Notes under the pieces: generated by a model
Seen by the model: the letters and a program-made list of their open reading frames with translations, nothing else
Database searches by the model: none
Told to the model about the DNA's origin: nothing
Translations under genes and position numbers: made by a program
Shown here: positions 1 through 11,620 of the stretch, one piece after another
Layout: the number at the start of each line of letters is the position of its first letter
Numbering within the stretch: the first letter of the stretch is position 1
From: Podarcis gaigeae
Taxonomy: Eukaryota
Length of the DNA stretch: 64,000 nt
Reading direction: 5' to 3' (one strand)
Assembly: GCA_964106915.2 (NCBI GenBank)
Contig: OZ066923.1

Positions 1-253
1 CCACTTGACGCAACCACAGCCGACTGCACACACACCTCCCCACTGCCGTAAATCAACGTCCAATTGCTGCAGTCACAGCCAATCATCAGCAGGCCTTGCC
101 ACAGCAACCAATCACACGCCCAATCGCCATTGCCAATCTCCTGCTGGCTGCTGCCACCAATCGCCTGTCTCTGCTATCTGTGTATAAGACGACCCGCAAT
201 TTTTGCCTGCTATTTCTAAGGGAAAAGTATCTCTTCTACACGGAAAAATACAA
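1..253. mobile_element. Right end of a Tc2/pogo-like (Tc1/mariner) DNA transposon, cut by the window edge
   Basis: GTGTATAAGACGACCC...TCTTCTACACGGAAAAATACAATA at 180-253 resembles the CCGTATTTTTCCGTGTATAAGACG-type terminal repeat. Confidence 0.6.
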
Positions 254-297
254 TAATCTGTGAAGATCTCTTCACTTAATTGCTGGATTGGCTGTGA

Positions 298-372
298 TTC
301 CTGCATTGCAGGGGGCTAGAATGGATGACCTGTTAGGTCCCTTCCAACTCCGCCATCCCATGATTCCATGAC
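298..372 (+). mobile_element. CR1-type 3' terminal fragment
   Basis: TTCCTGCATTGCAGGGGG...GGTCCCTTCCAACTC...ATGATTCCATGA; same tail as copies at 5689, 34033, 53751 and 55818. Confidence 0.75.
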
Positions 373-1645
373 TGTGCAGCTACTGGAGATGTGTGTGTGC
401 CATGTCTGATTCCCATGTTGGAGTGCATGACTATCAAGTATCATCCCAGTCACTCTCAGTGGCATTCAGTGAAAGTGTATGAGTGTGGGCCATGTGGACA
501 TCCCTGCAGGGTTGCAAAAAGATGTATTCAGATATGTTCAGGGGTATATGGTTAGGAAAGACAGGTCCAATTTCAGGGCACATGTGAAGAAAGGGAAAAA
601 TGAAGGTTGAATATCCACTCATATACTTACTCTACTTCAATTTCTATTCCACCCACCCCATAGGCTCTTCAAGCTCATAACAGCAGTTTAAAGACACCAC
701 ACAATCAAGACAACACAATGAAATACCAAATAAAAAGAGATGCAACGCTATATTAAAATGGATTGCCCTTACTCCACACCTGCTTAAGCCTGGCTGTGAA
801 AAAATAAAATAAAACTTGCCTAAGCAAGAAAAGCCTTTTTGACATTGGCTTTGGTGTGTGGCAACGGATGAAGATGAGGCAAGGCTTTACAGCTTGCTCA
901 AACACGACAGTTTTGAACAATCCCAAATTGCACATCTCTGCTTGTATGCCTTTGTCCAAACATTCGCTTTTTTGAAGGAAGAGAATGGATATACAGGGTT
1001 TCTGGCATTAGAAAGGAAGATCTGTTTATATGTTGCACCCACTTCAGGCAGGGTGATCTAAAATTCTGCTACTGGTGTTAGCAAAGCTGCTTCAATAAAG
1101 GAGACCAGAGAGTCCAGAGGGAAGAGAAATTCTGGGAGCACTTCACTAAGGAAACTGAACAAAGCACAGTGTATAGCTTGAGGAGAAAGGCACAGAGGGG
1201 TTTTGTCTTTCTTAAATCTGGCCTTGTACATACACAGCAGGAATACATTCAACTAAACATACAAAGGAAAACACCCTCTGGATGACCCAGCTAATCAGGG
1301 CACATGCTCCCTCATCAAATATTAGGCCTCACTGCCTGGTTGCTAAGCAACACCTCCAACACCCCTCTTGTCCAGCTAAATTACTGATAACAGACTTAAC
1401 CTTTGGGTTACAAACTGAATGATCTCTGCTGTTGCACTTCCAACCATTTCTTCCCGTCCTGAGTTTCATAGTAAGCATCTCTGGGGTTTCTTTTAATTGC
1501 CCTCTCTGCAGCAAAGTTTTAAGACCTACATATTTTAAAGGCTTTTCTTCTTCTTCTTCATGCAGCTTAACACAGATCTATCAACTTTTCCTTGCCTCAG
1601 TACCTAAATGGAATTTCCGTGTTTAGAGAGAGAGATTGAGCTGGC

Positions 1646-1786
1646 TACCAGTTGCTGGGGGGCAAAAACAGCAGGGAAGGGTGCTTGCAGGCTTCCCGGA
1701 AGCATCTGGCTGGTCGCTGTGAGAAACAGGATATTGGACTAGATGGACCTTTGGTCTGACTCAGCAGGGCTCTTTTTATGTACTTC
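1646..1786 (+). mobile_element. CR1 LINE 3' UTR fragment (second CR1 family)
   Basis: CATCTGGCTGGTCGCTGTGAGAAACAGGATATTGGACTAGATGGACC...CAGCAGGGCTCTTTTTATGT; homologous to the 3' part of 13240-13550. Confidence 0.7.
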
Positions 1787-4549
1787 ATAGACGTGCTTTA
1801 ATGTGAACAAATTTATTAAGTCTCCCCAGGCCAAGAGAAACATTGGCTTGAGGTGAAAACGGAGCAGCATGCAGCCATTTGCTCATTTGCTAAGCTAAAG
1901 TGTACTAAAACATTTCTGAGCATGTCAGCCACTTACGGATACGTAAGGATAATTCTAGCCCTTTAAAATTCTAACACTCAGAATGGGGATGTATTTATCT
2001 GAATTCTGCCCAGCTATATAGTGAAGGACACCGCTATAATTCCCGTTCTAATGATAACGACATAAATATGAGTGGCTTATCAAAAGCCAGTGGGTTGCTT
2101 GACGAAGCTGGCATTTGAATCCAGCCAAAGCAAAGTGCTTCTAAGTCACTTTTATGTCGTCGACACATGTTAAAACATGTCTTTAACTCTTCCATTTACT
2201 TCGCTTTCGACAGACCTGCACTCATGGTTCATGAATTCAATTCCCCCAAAAATGTACTAGAATATAGAAATGCCCATTAGACAAGGATTTAGCTAGGAAG
2301 GGGTTCCCACATGCCACCACAGTATGAAAACAGAAGCAATGTCTATTATAGTATTTCAAAGCAATGCTAATTCAATAAGGAGAAGACGCAAAAGAGTGGC
2401 ACTCTGGCCTCAAAGGAAAATAGGAAGTCCTGCAGCTGGTCAATCCCAAATGGCCCAACAAAGCAGTAGTGTGCAGTGAATTTTTTTGTAGGGGAACAGT
2501 CAGGGCTGCAGCTTGCAAGGGTGATTTGGGGCTATATAGTTGTGACGTTGCAATGTTGTGCATGTGAGCATTGTGCCTCCTTTCCTAAGCCAGGCAGAAG
2601 CTTCCCAAGCTTTGGGAAGGAGGCTCCAGGGGAACATTTAAGGGACTAGTCTAGTCCCCCTAGTCCATTGACCACACTCCACTGCCAACAAACTACCAGC
2701 GTTGAAAGGCTACAAAACAGTAGCTGATCTATTTCCAAACTAATTGAAGGTTCAGTGTTCTCAGCTGTGTGGCTCCTTCCAACGTGGCCCAAATATCTCT
2801 GAGGACGGGATCCTTGCCTCTGACTCATGCTGCATCCTAAGTGAATGCCCAGTCTTCTGATTTACTAAAGCTTCTCCTAGTGACTATCCTTGAGCCAGAC
2901 CTTTTACCAGGGAAACTGAGCTTAATTTGGGACATCAATAGCACCCCTAGGCTGTTGTGGAGTTACATGGAGCCCAGAAGAGGATGGTGAAAGGCAGAAA
3001 TTTCCAAACACATTAGTGAGTCGGCTGCAGTGTGTAGGCATGTTGCGTGAACATTCCCCGCACTCCTACCAAAGATGGAAAGGGGTTAGTTTAACCTCCA
3101 GTTTGCTAGTAAAACTGAATTATGATGCATGTCTAAAAGTGTGTCACTGACATGAAAAGTTTGGAACACTCTGGACTTGTTATTTCCTAAAGGCCTGAAG
3201 TTTTAGCCTGCTAATTGAAGCATTTTTTTTTTTAAGTACTTCATGTAATGGAAAGATGCATCTGTATTAAATGTAGGGAAGGAAATGAGAATAGAGTCTG
3301 TTTTGAATGACAGAATTAATTGTGACTATTTTTTAAGAAGGGGAAAAAAAGGCATCACCTATACTGGCAAAAGTGACATATCAGAATGCTACCTGCATAA
3401 ATATTTCTCAGGGCCTTTAATTGCATCTCCCATCCACAGAATCCAGTGTTCTCAACATGCTTTCCTTATTTATAAGAGGTTCTTTATATTTAATATCTGT
3501 ACTACCAACTCAGGGATACAGTTAGGGAACTCATTGGAAGATACAGATAAAATATCTGACGCCACAGCTGAGCAAGGTCACCTTCATATCCTTGTGACTA
3601 AGCATCGCTCGGCCTCATCGACCCTGCAGCCACTTGAGTTCAGTGTGTTAAGTCAGGCAAGGTTCAGGGTTTTATTTAAACAAGATTGGCTAAGCTATGC
3701 TATGATAAGAAATAGTAATTGTTGCTTACCAGGGGGCGAGGGGGGAATAATACTTTAACAAAAAAATCTGTGGTCTGGATATGCAGTTGTTGTGCTCTGC
3801 TCTGTTTTAACTCACAGAAAGATTGTTTTTTTAATGTAACCAAGAAGATGCATGAACGTTTCAAAACCTCTGCTGCAAAACTATATACTGTACATTAACA
3901 AAAGAAGCTATGTGATTTGGGTGAACTTTTAAGGAAATGAACAATCTTTATGGCAGACAATCCTCAAGTCTCAGTGTTGAAAAGGAAGAATGATATCAGA
4001 TGCTCAAGGAATAATAGGGTTTTCTCTTTATAAAGAAGGAGAAAGAAAACATCAAATAAACATCAAATAGAAGAGTTAAGAGAGAGAGAAGATTTTGTGT
4101 TTGTGTCAAAGAATAGCAAGTCATGAGTCGAACACGTCCAGTTCTTTTAAATCCATGGAATTATTAAAATCAAATCCATCCTTATTGCATAGTAACCAAC
4201 TGTAATATTTAATATATATGATGAACCAGATTCACAAGGATACCATGTGATATAATACATGGATGTCACATTTGAATCTGTCATAGGGAAATATTCCATT
4301 TAAGATTATCAGATGATGCATTTAGATGACATTAATTCTGTCTGATTCAAGCTGTTTGAAATGCTGGAATTGGATAGCAGTCTACAAGGACCTACAGAAA
4401 TCATACAATTGCCTCAACTTCAGAACTCTGGTGAAAGATTTTGCTCCTGCTTCAGAGCTAACATGCCTAGAGCCATGTCATGGTGGAAGGGCTTTACAAC
4501 AGCCTGTGTTGCACATGTTGTGTATGCAGTATTTGTGTACATAAAGTTC

Positions 4550-4922
4550 TCCCGTCACACCCCATCTTCCTATATGAACCTACCTGGTCCCTAAGATCAT
4601 CTTCTGAGGCCCTCCTTCATGTGGAGGAACCTGGACTTCTCTGCAGTGGCTCCCCATCTGTGGAATGCTCTCCCTAGGGAAGTCCGTCTGGTGCCGTCAT
4701 TATACACCTTTAGGCACCAGGTAAAAACATTCCTTTTTAACCAGGCCTTTGGTTGACCTTATTGACATCCAGTACCCTTTTAGAATGTGGCTTTTTTTTG
4801 GGGGGGGGGTTATTGGGTTACTGTTTTTGGTTTGATTTTATATGTTGTTGTCTTGTTGCGAACCGCCCTGAGACCTCCGGGTCCAGGGTGGTGTATAAGC
4901 TGAATAAAGAATAACAAATAAT
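4550..4922 (+). mobile_element. L2-clade LINE 3' fragment
   Basis: Encodes a degenerate VAPHLWNALPREVRLVPSLYTFRHQVKTFLFNQAFG* ORF2 end, then a 3' stem-loop region and AATAA tail; matches 51556-51955 on the opposite strand. Confidence 0.8.
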
Positions 4923-5625
4923 ACTTCCACTAGAGTGGGCATGATGTCAAAATGGAATCCCCTAGTCCTGAAGCTGCAGCTGCCAACAAAGCATGGAGAT
5001 GGGACAGGGTGTTGGAGGTTATAAGACAAGAAGGAACATTACATCTGCAATTGATGGACCTGATGCTATTGTTCTGTTCTGTTGCAGTCTACTATTCTGA
5101 CCCTCTCACGTAGTCAGCTGTGAAGCAGAACTGGCCCTCAATCCCCAATAGGCTCAAAAGCTCATCACTACTTGTTACTTTCCAGGTGCTTTTCAAAATC
5201 TTTTGGCTTTAAACCATTTCATTGTTTACTGAAACTCTAAAACCTTGAACATCCATCAATAATCTCTGTCTGTGAAGGCTTGTTAAACTTGATGCTGTTG
5301 TTAAAGCTGACAGCATTTTTAAAAATGAGCTTAAGGCCTGATATCATAAACCAGTATCCAAGGCAGCTAATGACTAGCACCAGAGTCCCACTACCTGCCC
5401 AAACAAAGAACCCGCCCCTTTGTGCAAGTGTTACGGCACAACTCTGGTCCCACCACCATGCATGATGCTTCCCTTTCCTGGCAAAATTAAATGCACAAGA
5501 GCCTGTTGCACCCAAGAAGTTGTTTTAGTTGTTTTTGTGGATAATCTAGAATATTATCTGTTTCACTGCTATGTCTGCATGCCTGATGACAGACTTCTTA
5601 AGTATCCCAAAATATAGACAAAATA

Positions 5626-5760
5626 AACTCAGTAGGCAGAGTATGAAACTCTTAATCACTAGGTCACGGCCACCACATTGGGTGAAACATTCCTGCATTG
5701 CAGGGGGTTGGACTAGATGGTCCTCATGGTCCCTTCCAACTCTACAATTCTATGCTTCTA
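5626..5760 (+). mobile_element. tRNA-Lys-derived SINE with CR1 tail (diverged)
   Basis: ACTCAGTAGGCAGAGTATGAAACTCTTAATC (tRNA-Lys-CTT-like) joined to the CR1 3' end and ATTCTATG tail. Confidence 0.75.
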
Positions 5761-5774
5761 TAATTCTGTCAATT

Positions 5775-6137
5775 GGGACGCAGGTGGCGCTGTGGGTTAA
5801 AGCCTCAGCACCTAGGACTTGCCGATTGAAAGCTCGGCGGTTCGAATCCCTGCGGCGGGGTGCGCTCCCGCTGCTCGGTCCCAGCGCCTGCCAACCTAGC
5901 AGTTCGAAAACACCTCCGGGTGCAAGTAGATAAATAGGGACCACTTACCAGCGGGAAGGTAAACGGCGTTTCCGTGTTCGGCTCTGGCTCGCCAGATGCA
6001 GCTTTGTCACGCTGGCCACGTGACCCGGAAGTGTCTCCGGACAGCGCTGGCCCCTGGCCTCTTAAGTGAGATGGGCGCACAACCCCAGAGTCTGTCAAGA
6101 CTGGCCCGTACGGGCAGGGGTACCTTTACCTTTTACT
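5775..6137 (+). mobile_element. Sauria SINE, full length, divergent subfamily
   Basis: GGGACGCAGGTGGCGCTGTGGG head, B-box GGTTCGAATCC, (ACCTTT)n tail; 14-bp TSD TATAATTCTGTCAA at 5759-5772 and 6138-6151. Confidence 0.93.
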
Positions 6138-6298
6138 TATAATTCTGTCAAAAAATAAACAACAGTGTGTTGCTCCATCAGGCACTGGGCTGTGATGGAA
6201 TTGCAGCAGCAGGTTAGCTTCTTTCATATTTAAACCCGAAGCTGATAAGCAGCTACAAGATAAAAATTAATCATAAGAAAACGGTCTACAATGTGTGT

Positions 6299-6330
6299 AC
6301 ACACACACACACACACACTCACACATACAC
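6299..6330. repeat. (AC)n microsatellite
   Basis: Direct inspection. Confidence 0.9.
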
Positions 6331-6990
6331 AATTCATATTACATGAGGACTGCATTACACTCATTTCCCTGCTTTCCATCTATCCCTTTCCTCTACTAAT
6401 CAGTGTGAAAGTGGAACAGATAACTTCAGCTGATTTTGCAAAGGGCTGGGGCTGAATCTATGCCAAACAGATGCCCTTTATTTCACAGAAATTCCAACAA
6501 AAAATTATAAACAGCAACAACATGTGTGTTCTAGATGGGCTGTTATTCTTCCCAGTTCTTAAGGGACTGTACTGTTTTTAAACCTCACTGTTTCTTTCAT
6601 GCATGAGATGAAATTTCACAGGCTTTTCCATAAAAAAGATGATTTCTTGTTAGTTTATTCCTTCCTCCTTTAAAGAAAATGTGTGCCTTCAACACTCTTA
6701 TCAGTACCGAAGAAGAAGAGAAAGAAGCAACAGCAATAGAGATAGGTTCAATTTATCTACTTGGAGGGAATGCCATAAAGGGCAAATAGCACAAAACTGC
6801 TTCTCAGAAGGTTGCAAGATGTCTCCCAAACATGTCATGACATGTCAGCACATTGCACGGCGTGTGCACATGATGTCAGCATGCCCCGTGGCCTGCACAC
6901 ATGGTGTCCACACATTGTGTGGCCCGGACCCCCTCAATCACTGGGGCAAGACGGTGTGCTTGGGGTCAAGTATCCTTCTATATGTGTCAT

Positions 6991-7494
6991 CACAGGGGCT
7001 ACCTTTGAAGGTGACCCGGAAACTGTAATTAATCCAGAATGCGGCATCTAGACTGGTGACTGGGAGTGGCCGCCAGGACCACGTAACACCAGACCTGAGA
7101 GATCAGCATTGGCTCCCAGTACGTTTCTGAGCACAATTCAAAGTGTTGGTGCTGACCTTTAAACCCCTAAACACCCCCGGTCCTGTATACCTGAAGGAGC
7201 ATCTCCACCCCCATCGTTCAGCCCGGACACTGAGATCCAGCACCGAGGGCCTTCTGGCGGTTCCCTCATTGCAAGAAGTGAGGTTATAGGGAACCAAACA
7301 GAGGGCCTTCTCGGTAGTGGCGCCCACCCTGTGGAACACCCTCCCTTCAGATGTGAAGGAAATAAGCAGCTATCCTATCTTTAAAAGACATCTGAAGGCA
7401 GCCCTGTTTAGGGAAGTTTGATTGGAAGCTGCCCAGAGTGGCTGGGGAAACTCAGCCAGATGGGCGGGGTATAAATAATAAATAATAATAATAA

Positions 7495-7525
<31 letters not shown>

Positions 7526-7527
7526 AA
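6991..7527 (+). mobile_element. L2-clade LINE 3' fragment with (TAA)/(AAAT)n tail
   Basis: GLPLKVTRKL...HWLPVRF...RAFSVVAPTLWNTLP ORF2 C-terminal motifs; close homologue of 55905-56507 on the minus strand. Confidence 0.88.
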
Positions 7528-9081
7528 ATTAACAACATAAGAGAAAAAGAAGGTGATTGCCAGGAAATCTGTGCCCTAGAACTGCTGGCATGAGGGCCAA
7601 ACTACCCTATGAGAAACAGATTTGTTTATTTAAAATAGACTATTTAGGCATGCTTTTTATGTGGGGGAAAAAAGAAGTCACACAGCTCTGATCGAGAATG
7701 GGACCCAGCCCTTGCTTCCTACTCAAAATTTCACCCTTCTCCTACTTGGTCAGGAAACTGGCATAGGCCCCCGATCTGGATCAGAGAGAGCACATTCCAG
7801 ATCAGGGCCCCACAAGTGCCCCCCCCCCCCGTTTAGAATAAAAGTGGCTAGTTTCAGTATACATTTTAAAAAGCATCCTGATTGTAAAATTTAGTTTTGT
7901 ATTGAAACTAGATGATCTGTGAAATTGAGCAGAAAGCAGAAGTATAGCTTTTGAAACATTATTAATGTTGTGTGCCTTTTTTTAAAAAAAAAGAATGTTG
8001 GAAAATTCACTTTTGCATGGGGAAATTACAAAGGGGTTGTTTTTGATTCGAAAGCTCAGCAACGCACACTAGACACATGGGAATGAGACCAAGAAGGCAA
8101 GAGAGAAAAGATTCAAAACTTGAGAAAGTACAGTTTCTCTTGTGCCTCGGCACATATATTTGATGCAACTCAGTAAAAAGAACCAGGACCACCGAAATTC
8201 TGTGTTAACAAACCGAAACAACTTAAGGGAGGGAATTCTTCCAAGTATGACATGGGAATGGCATTTCACTTTGAAATTAATTCCATAGGGCAATATTAAG
8301 AGGGAAAATGCCCCCAAGGCCAAGGCACAATTGGATTTGAATGGCAAAACTGCAGGAGCAGCTCAAACTTATTATTGCAAGATACCTGCAGTATAGCTGG
8401 ATTCTTTTTTCTTTCTTTTTTTCTTCCTTGGAAACTATCACATGCCTCTCTGTTAGTTCCTGTTATCAAATCCAAAACACTTGGGTAAACTGCTTGTAAT
8501 AAGTAAGCTAATGGCCCCATTTAAATAATAATTAAAAAAACAAAACAAGGAAGAAAAGTATGTTAGTTGAATACCTGGCTGAACCACTCTCAGCCAGTTA
8601 CGTCCAGATAAAGGATGGGTGTCATGTGATACTATGCGAAAGCAGAGGAACATTTTCTTTCCTACTTGAAAGCATGTGACAAACACAGCTTCGGGTTTCC
8701 AGCACACACACACGTTTTTATAGCAACTGTAAAGGACACTGCAAGATTCCCTGTGAAAGTCACAGATGACAAAAGGTGCATACATTTAAGGGCTTGGCTT
8801 GCCCTTCTCTTTATTGGGTGAGGGAGGTCACATGATTCAGAAAATGTGTCAGACAAGCAGAGGCATGTGATATGGGACAAAATTCACCCGCCTCTCAAAT
8901 CCTTCGAATGTAACAGTCCAGTGTAAATGTGCACCTGTGCTTTAAACGAGGCTGCTCTCCACACATCCAGAGTCTCTTTTCACTAGTCTGGGCTCTGCGG
9001 ACCCAGTGAAGGCTACTTCCATGGAGCACAGGAATCTACCTTATACAGAGTCAGACCCATGTCAACCAGTATCATCTGCAC

Positions 9082-10122
9082 CAGGAGTGGGGGAACCTAT
9101 GAACCTCCAGATGCTGTTGGATTATAACTTCCAGCAACCCTGCTCAAGATAGGTGGGGCTGATGGAAGTTGGAGTCAAATCAAATCAAATACCTTTATTG
9201 GCATTGCAATATAACACGCTTCAAATTACTAGGATGATTAAAAGGACAAGGGTGAAGCTGTCAACGGTTATAGGGTCACACTGTGGTCGTGTGCACTTAG
9301 ATATTCTGCTATGCCCAGTCTGTTTCCTGAAGGGATGGTTTATTGGGAACCCTTTCAGGTAAAATTGTGGCTAAAAAGGAAGCTACTAGAGCAGTGGTAT
9401 CTTTGTCCCGATCTGCCAGGAGAAACCTCATTTGATTTCTCCTCGGGGTTGTGGGCCGGAGATCCAACATTTTACTCAGCATCAGTTGGCGAGGTTTGCT
9501 ATGTAAAGGGCAATCTAAGAGAAAGTGGCCCATTGAATCTGGTACGTCTTGGTTGCAGGCACACAAACAGGCTTGATATGGAGTTTGTGAGAATCTGCCT
9601 TTAGTCACTGCAGAAGGAAAAGCATTTAATCTTGCGAGCATAAAGGCTCTTCGATGGGAAGGGAGTAGTAAATCCTTTAGGTATTTGACACAGGTTCCAC
9701 AGGGTGTTGTAATACCCAAGGCCTCCTGACAACAAGATCTCGGAGTATGAAGTAACAAGCGCTGTCTTTTGTGGTCACCTGGTTAATTGGAATATGTGAT
9801 TTTAGTCACATGCTTCAAGGCTCTCGAGAGCAATGCCCAAACTATGGATTTTTGTCTTGAATTGCTCTATACCATCTGGATAAGATGTGCTCTTCAAGCA
9901 TAGAGGTTAAGAAGGAGTTAGATGTTGTTCTAAAGTGGACTTTCAGCCAGGCCTTGACTGTAGAGAGTCATGCTTTGGTTTCCATCAGATGTGGGCAAGT
10001 TTCAGCACATAAGATTAAATAACTTAGGCATTTAGGGGCACCAAGGATCTTACGGAGAAAAGTCGCTTGGATGGAAGTTGTAGTCCATCCAACAACTGGA
10101 AGGCCACAAGCTGCCCACCCCG
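9082..10122. mobile_element. Palindromic hAT-type MITE split by a LINE insertion
   Basis: CAGGAGTGGGGGAACC...CCTCCAGATG left arm and CTGGAAGGCCACAAGCTGCCCACCCC right arm; same family as 47487-47624. Confidence 0.7.
9177..10069 (-). mobile_element. 5'-truncated non-LTR retrotransposon, RTE-X-like, with in-frame stops
   Basis: QATFLRKILGAPKC...RRAFMLARLNAFPSAVTKGRF...CAC...HFLLDC (CCHC-type C-terminus); AATAAA then (ATTTG)3 tail; 16-bp TSD GATGGAAGTTG(G/T)AGTC at 9161-9176 and 10070-10085. Confidence 0.82.
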
Positions 10123-11394
10123 TTGGACACTGACTAGCAGCTCTTTTTCAGGGTTTCAAGCATCCTACCTGGAGTTTGGGGGGAAATTAACCTTCTGCAT
10201 TAAAAGTAGATGCTTTGCCACTAAGCTACGGGCTGCCCTCTGGTGAGGTGCCACTTTACACTGGCACCAGGAGTTCTGTGTTGCATTCCATGTTCTGCTG
10301 TCACTCCTTCAGAGGCACCAATGTAGCTAAAAACACAAAGCTCACTCCGTTCTCCAAAGATATGCAAACACATAATGCTTCCATTGTAATACATGCACCC
10401 ACCTCAGCACAAACTCTTTAGCTTACGTGTTCCAGCTACTCCAGAGGTGGTGTTGTTGTGGGGTTTTTTGCCTTGCACATTTCCTCACCCCACCTCTGCA
10501 GAACAAATGTAGTCCTTGTTTTATTGTATCATTCTTCTTCAGTCACAGCAGCGACTTACAGTACAAGGCTGCAGCTTTTCAAAATAACAGAGGAAGCAAC
10601 TCAAGAGTTTCTTTCTAAAATGCACTTGAGTGACGGTATTAACTTCTGGGGAGGAAACACCACAGGAAGTCTGTCTGGTTTTATTTTGTTGATTTGTAAG
10701 GACATCCATGTGTGTGTTAAATTTATATTTATTTTTTGCTTTTTACAGTGGCCCTATTCCTCTTGGGAGTGCAGGGGAAGCTTCCTCCTTTCTTCATAGC
10801 AATCCTGTGATAGAGGATAGGGCAGACACTGACTATCCCACGGCTGAAGACAATCGGAGCTGGAGTTCAACAATATCTGGTATACCTTCTCTGCTCCTGC
10901 GCTAACCAGTGTCCCAAACTGCCTCTCTTACGAAGCAGATGTGTGGGCAGAACAAAGTCTGAGCAATGGCACCGGGCCACAATTTACACATGCAACCAGA
11001 CATTGATTCTCTTTGCCTGGAGGTCACGGTGGTAAGTCTGGACCACTGGGCACAGACTTAAGACCCCACAGTCCCTTCCTTTCCCCAAAAAAAGATGGTA
11101 CCACAATGGACAACAGTGCTTGTGGGGGGGGGGGGAGACAAAAAAGGAAAGCATTTTAAAGAGTGGGCATGGATCTCCCTCAAGTGTCTCTGAGCTCTCT
11201 GTGAGACCAGAGGTACTCTGAAAACTGAAGAGGGCTAGATGACATGTTTGGAGCTTTGCTCTGTCTGACCAAAGTACACCCATTGTAAAAAAGTTATATA
11301 GAAAGGTATTGTGGTGATGACTGACACTGCCTAGTAAGGGAGGAGGGGGGAAGGGAGGGAATGGCTGACCAGAATGAGCAGGGGAAAGACTTTA

Positions 11395-11620
11395 CAGTGG
11401 TACCTCGGGTTAAGTACTTAATTTGTTTCACAGGTCCGTACTTAATCTGAAACTGTTCTTAACCTGAAGCAGCACTTTAGCTAATGGGGCCTCCTGCTGC
11501 TGCTGCGCCATTGGAGCACAATTTTTGTTCTCATCCTGAAGTAAAGTTCTTAACCCGCAGTAATATTTCTGGGTTAGCGGAGTCTCTAACCTGAAGCGTA
11601 TGTAACCTGAGGTACCACTG
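11395..11620. mobile_element. Tc1/mariner (Tigger/pogo-like) MITE, family A
   Basis: Terminal inverted repeat (TIR) CAGTGGTACCTC(G/A)GGTTA, TA TSD; seven copies in the window. Confidence 0.9.

Larger units (their letters stand above)
9022..10232 (-). mobile_element. Old tRNA-derived SINE (Squam2-like) split by nested insertions; head 10123-10232, tail 9022-9081
   Basis: Minus strand reads CCCGTAGCTTAGTGGCAAAGCATCTAC...ATGCAGAAGG...CTCCAGGTAGG...GAAACCCTG...GTCAGTGT and resumes GGTCTGACTCTGTATAAGGTAGATTCCT. Confidence 0.6.

Noticed and set aside
2601-2660. Two short palindromes (CTTCCCAA-GCT-TTGGGAAG and GGGACTAG-T-CTAGTCCC)
   Set aside because: Only 8-bp arms with no supporting structure; chance or a MITE remnant.
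9309-9758. 149-aa zinc-knuckle ORF as a host gene
   Set aside because: It lies within a TSD-bounded truncated LINE with upstream in-frame stops.
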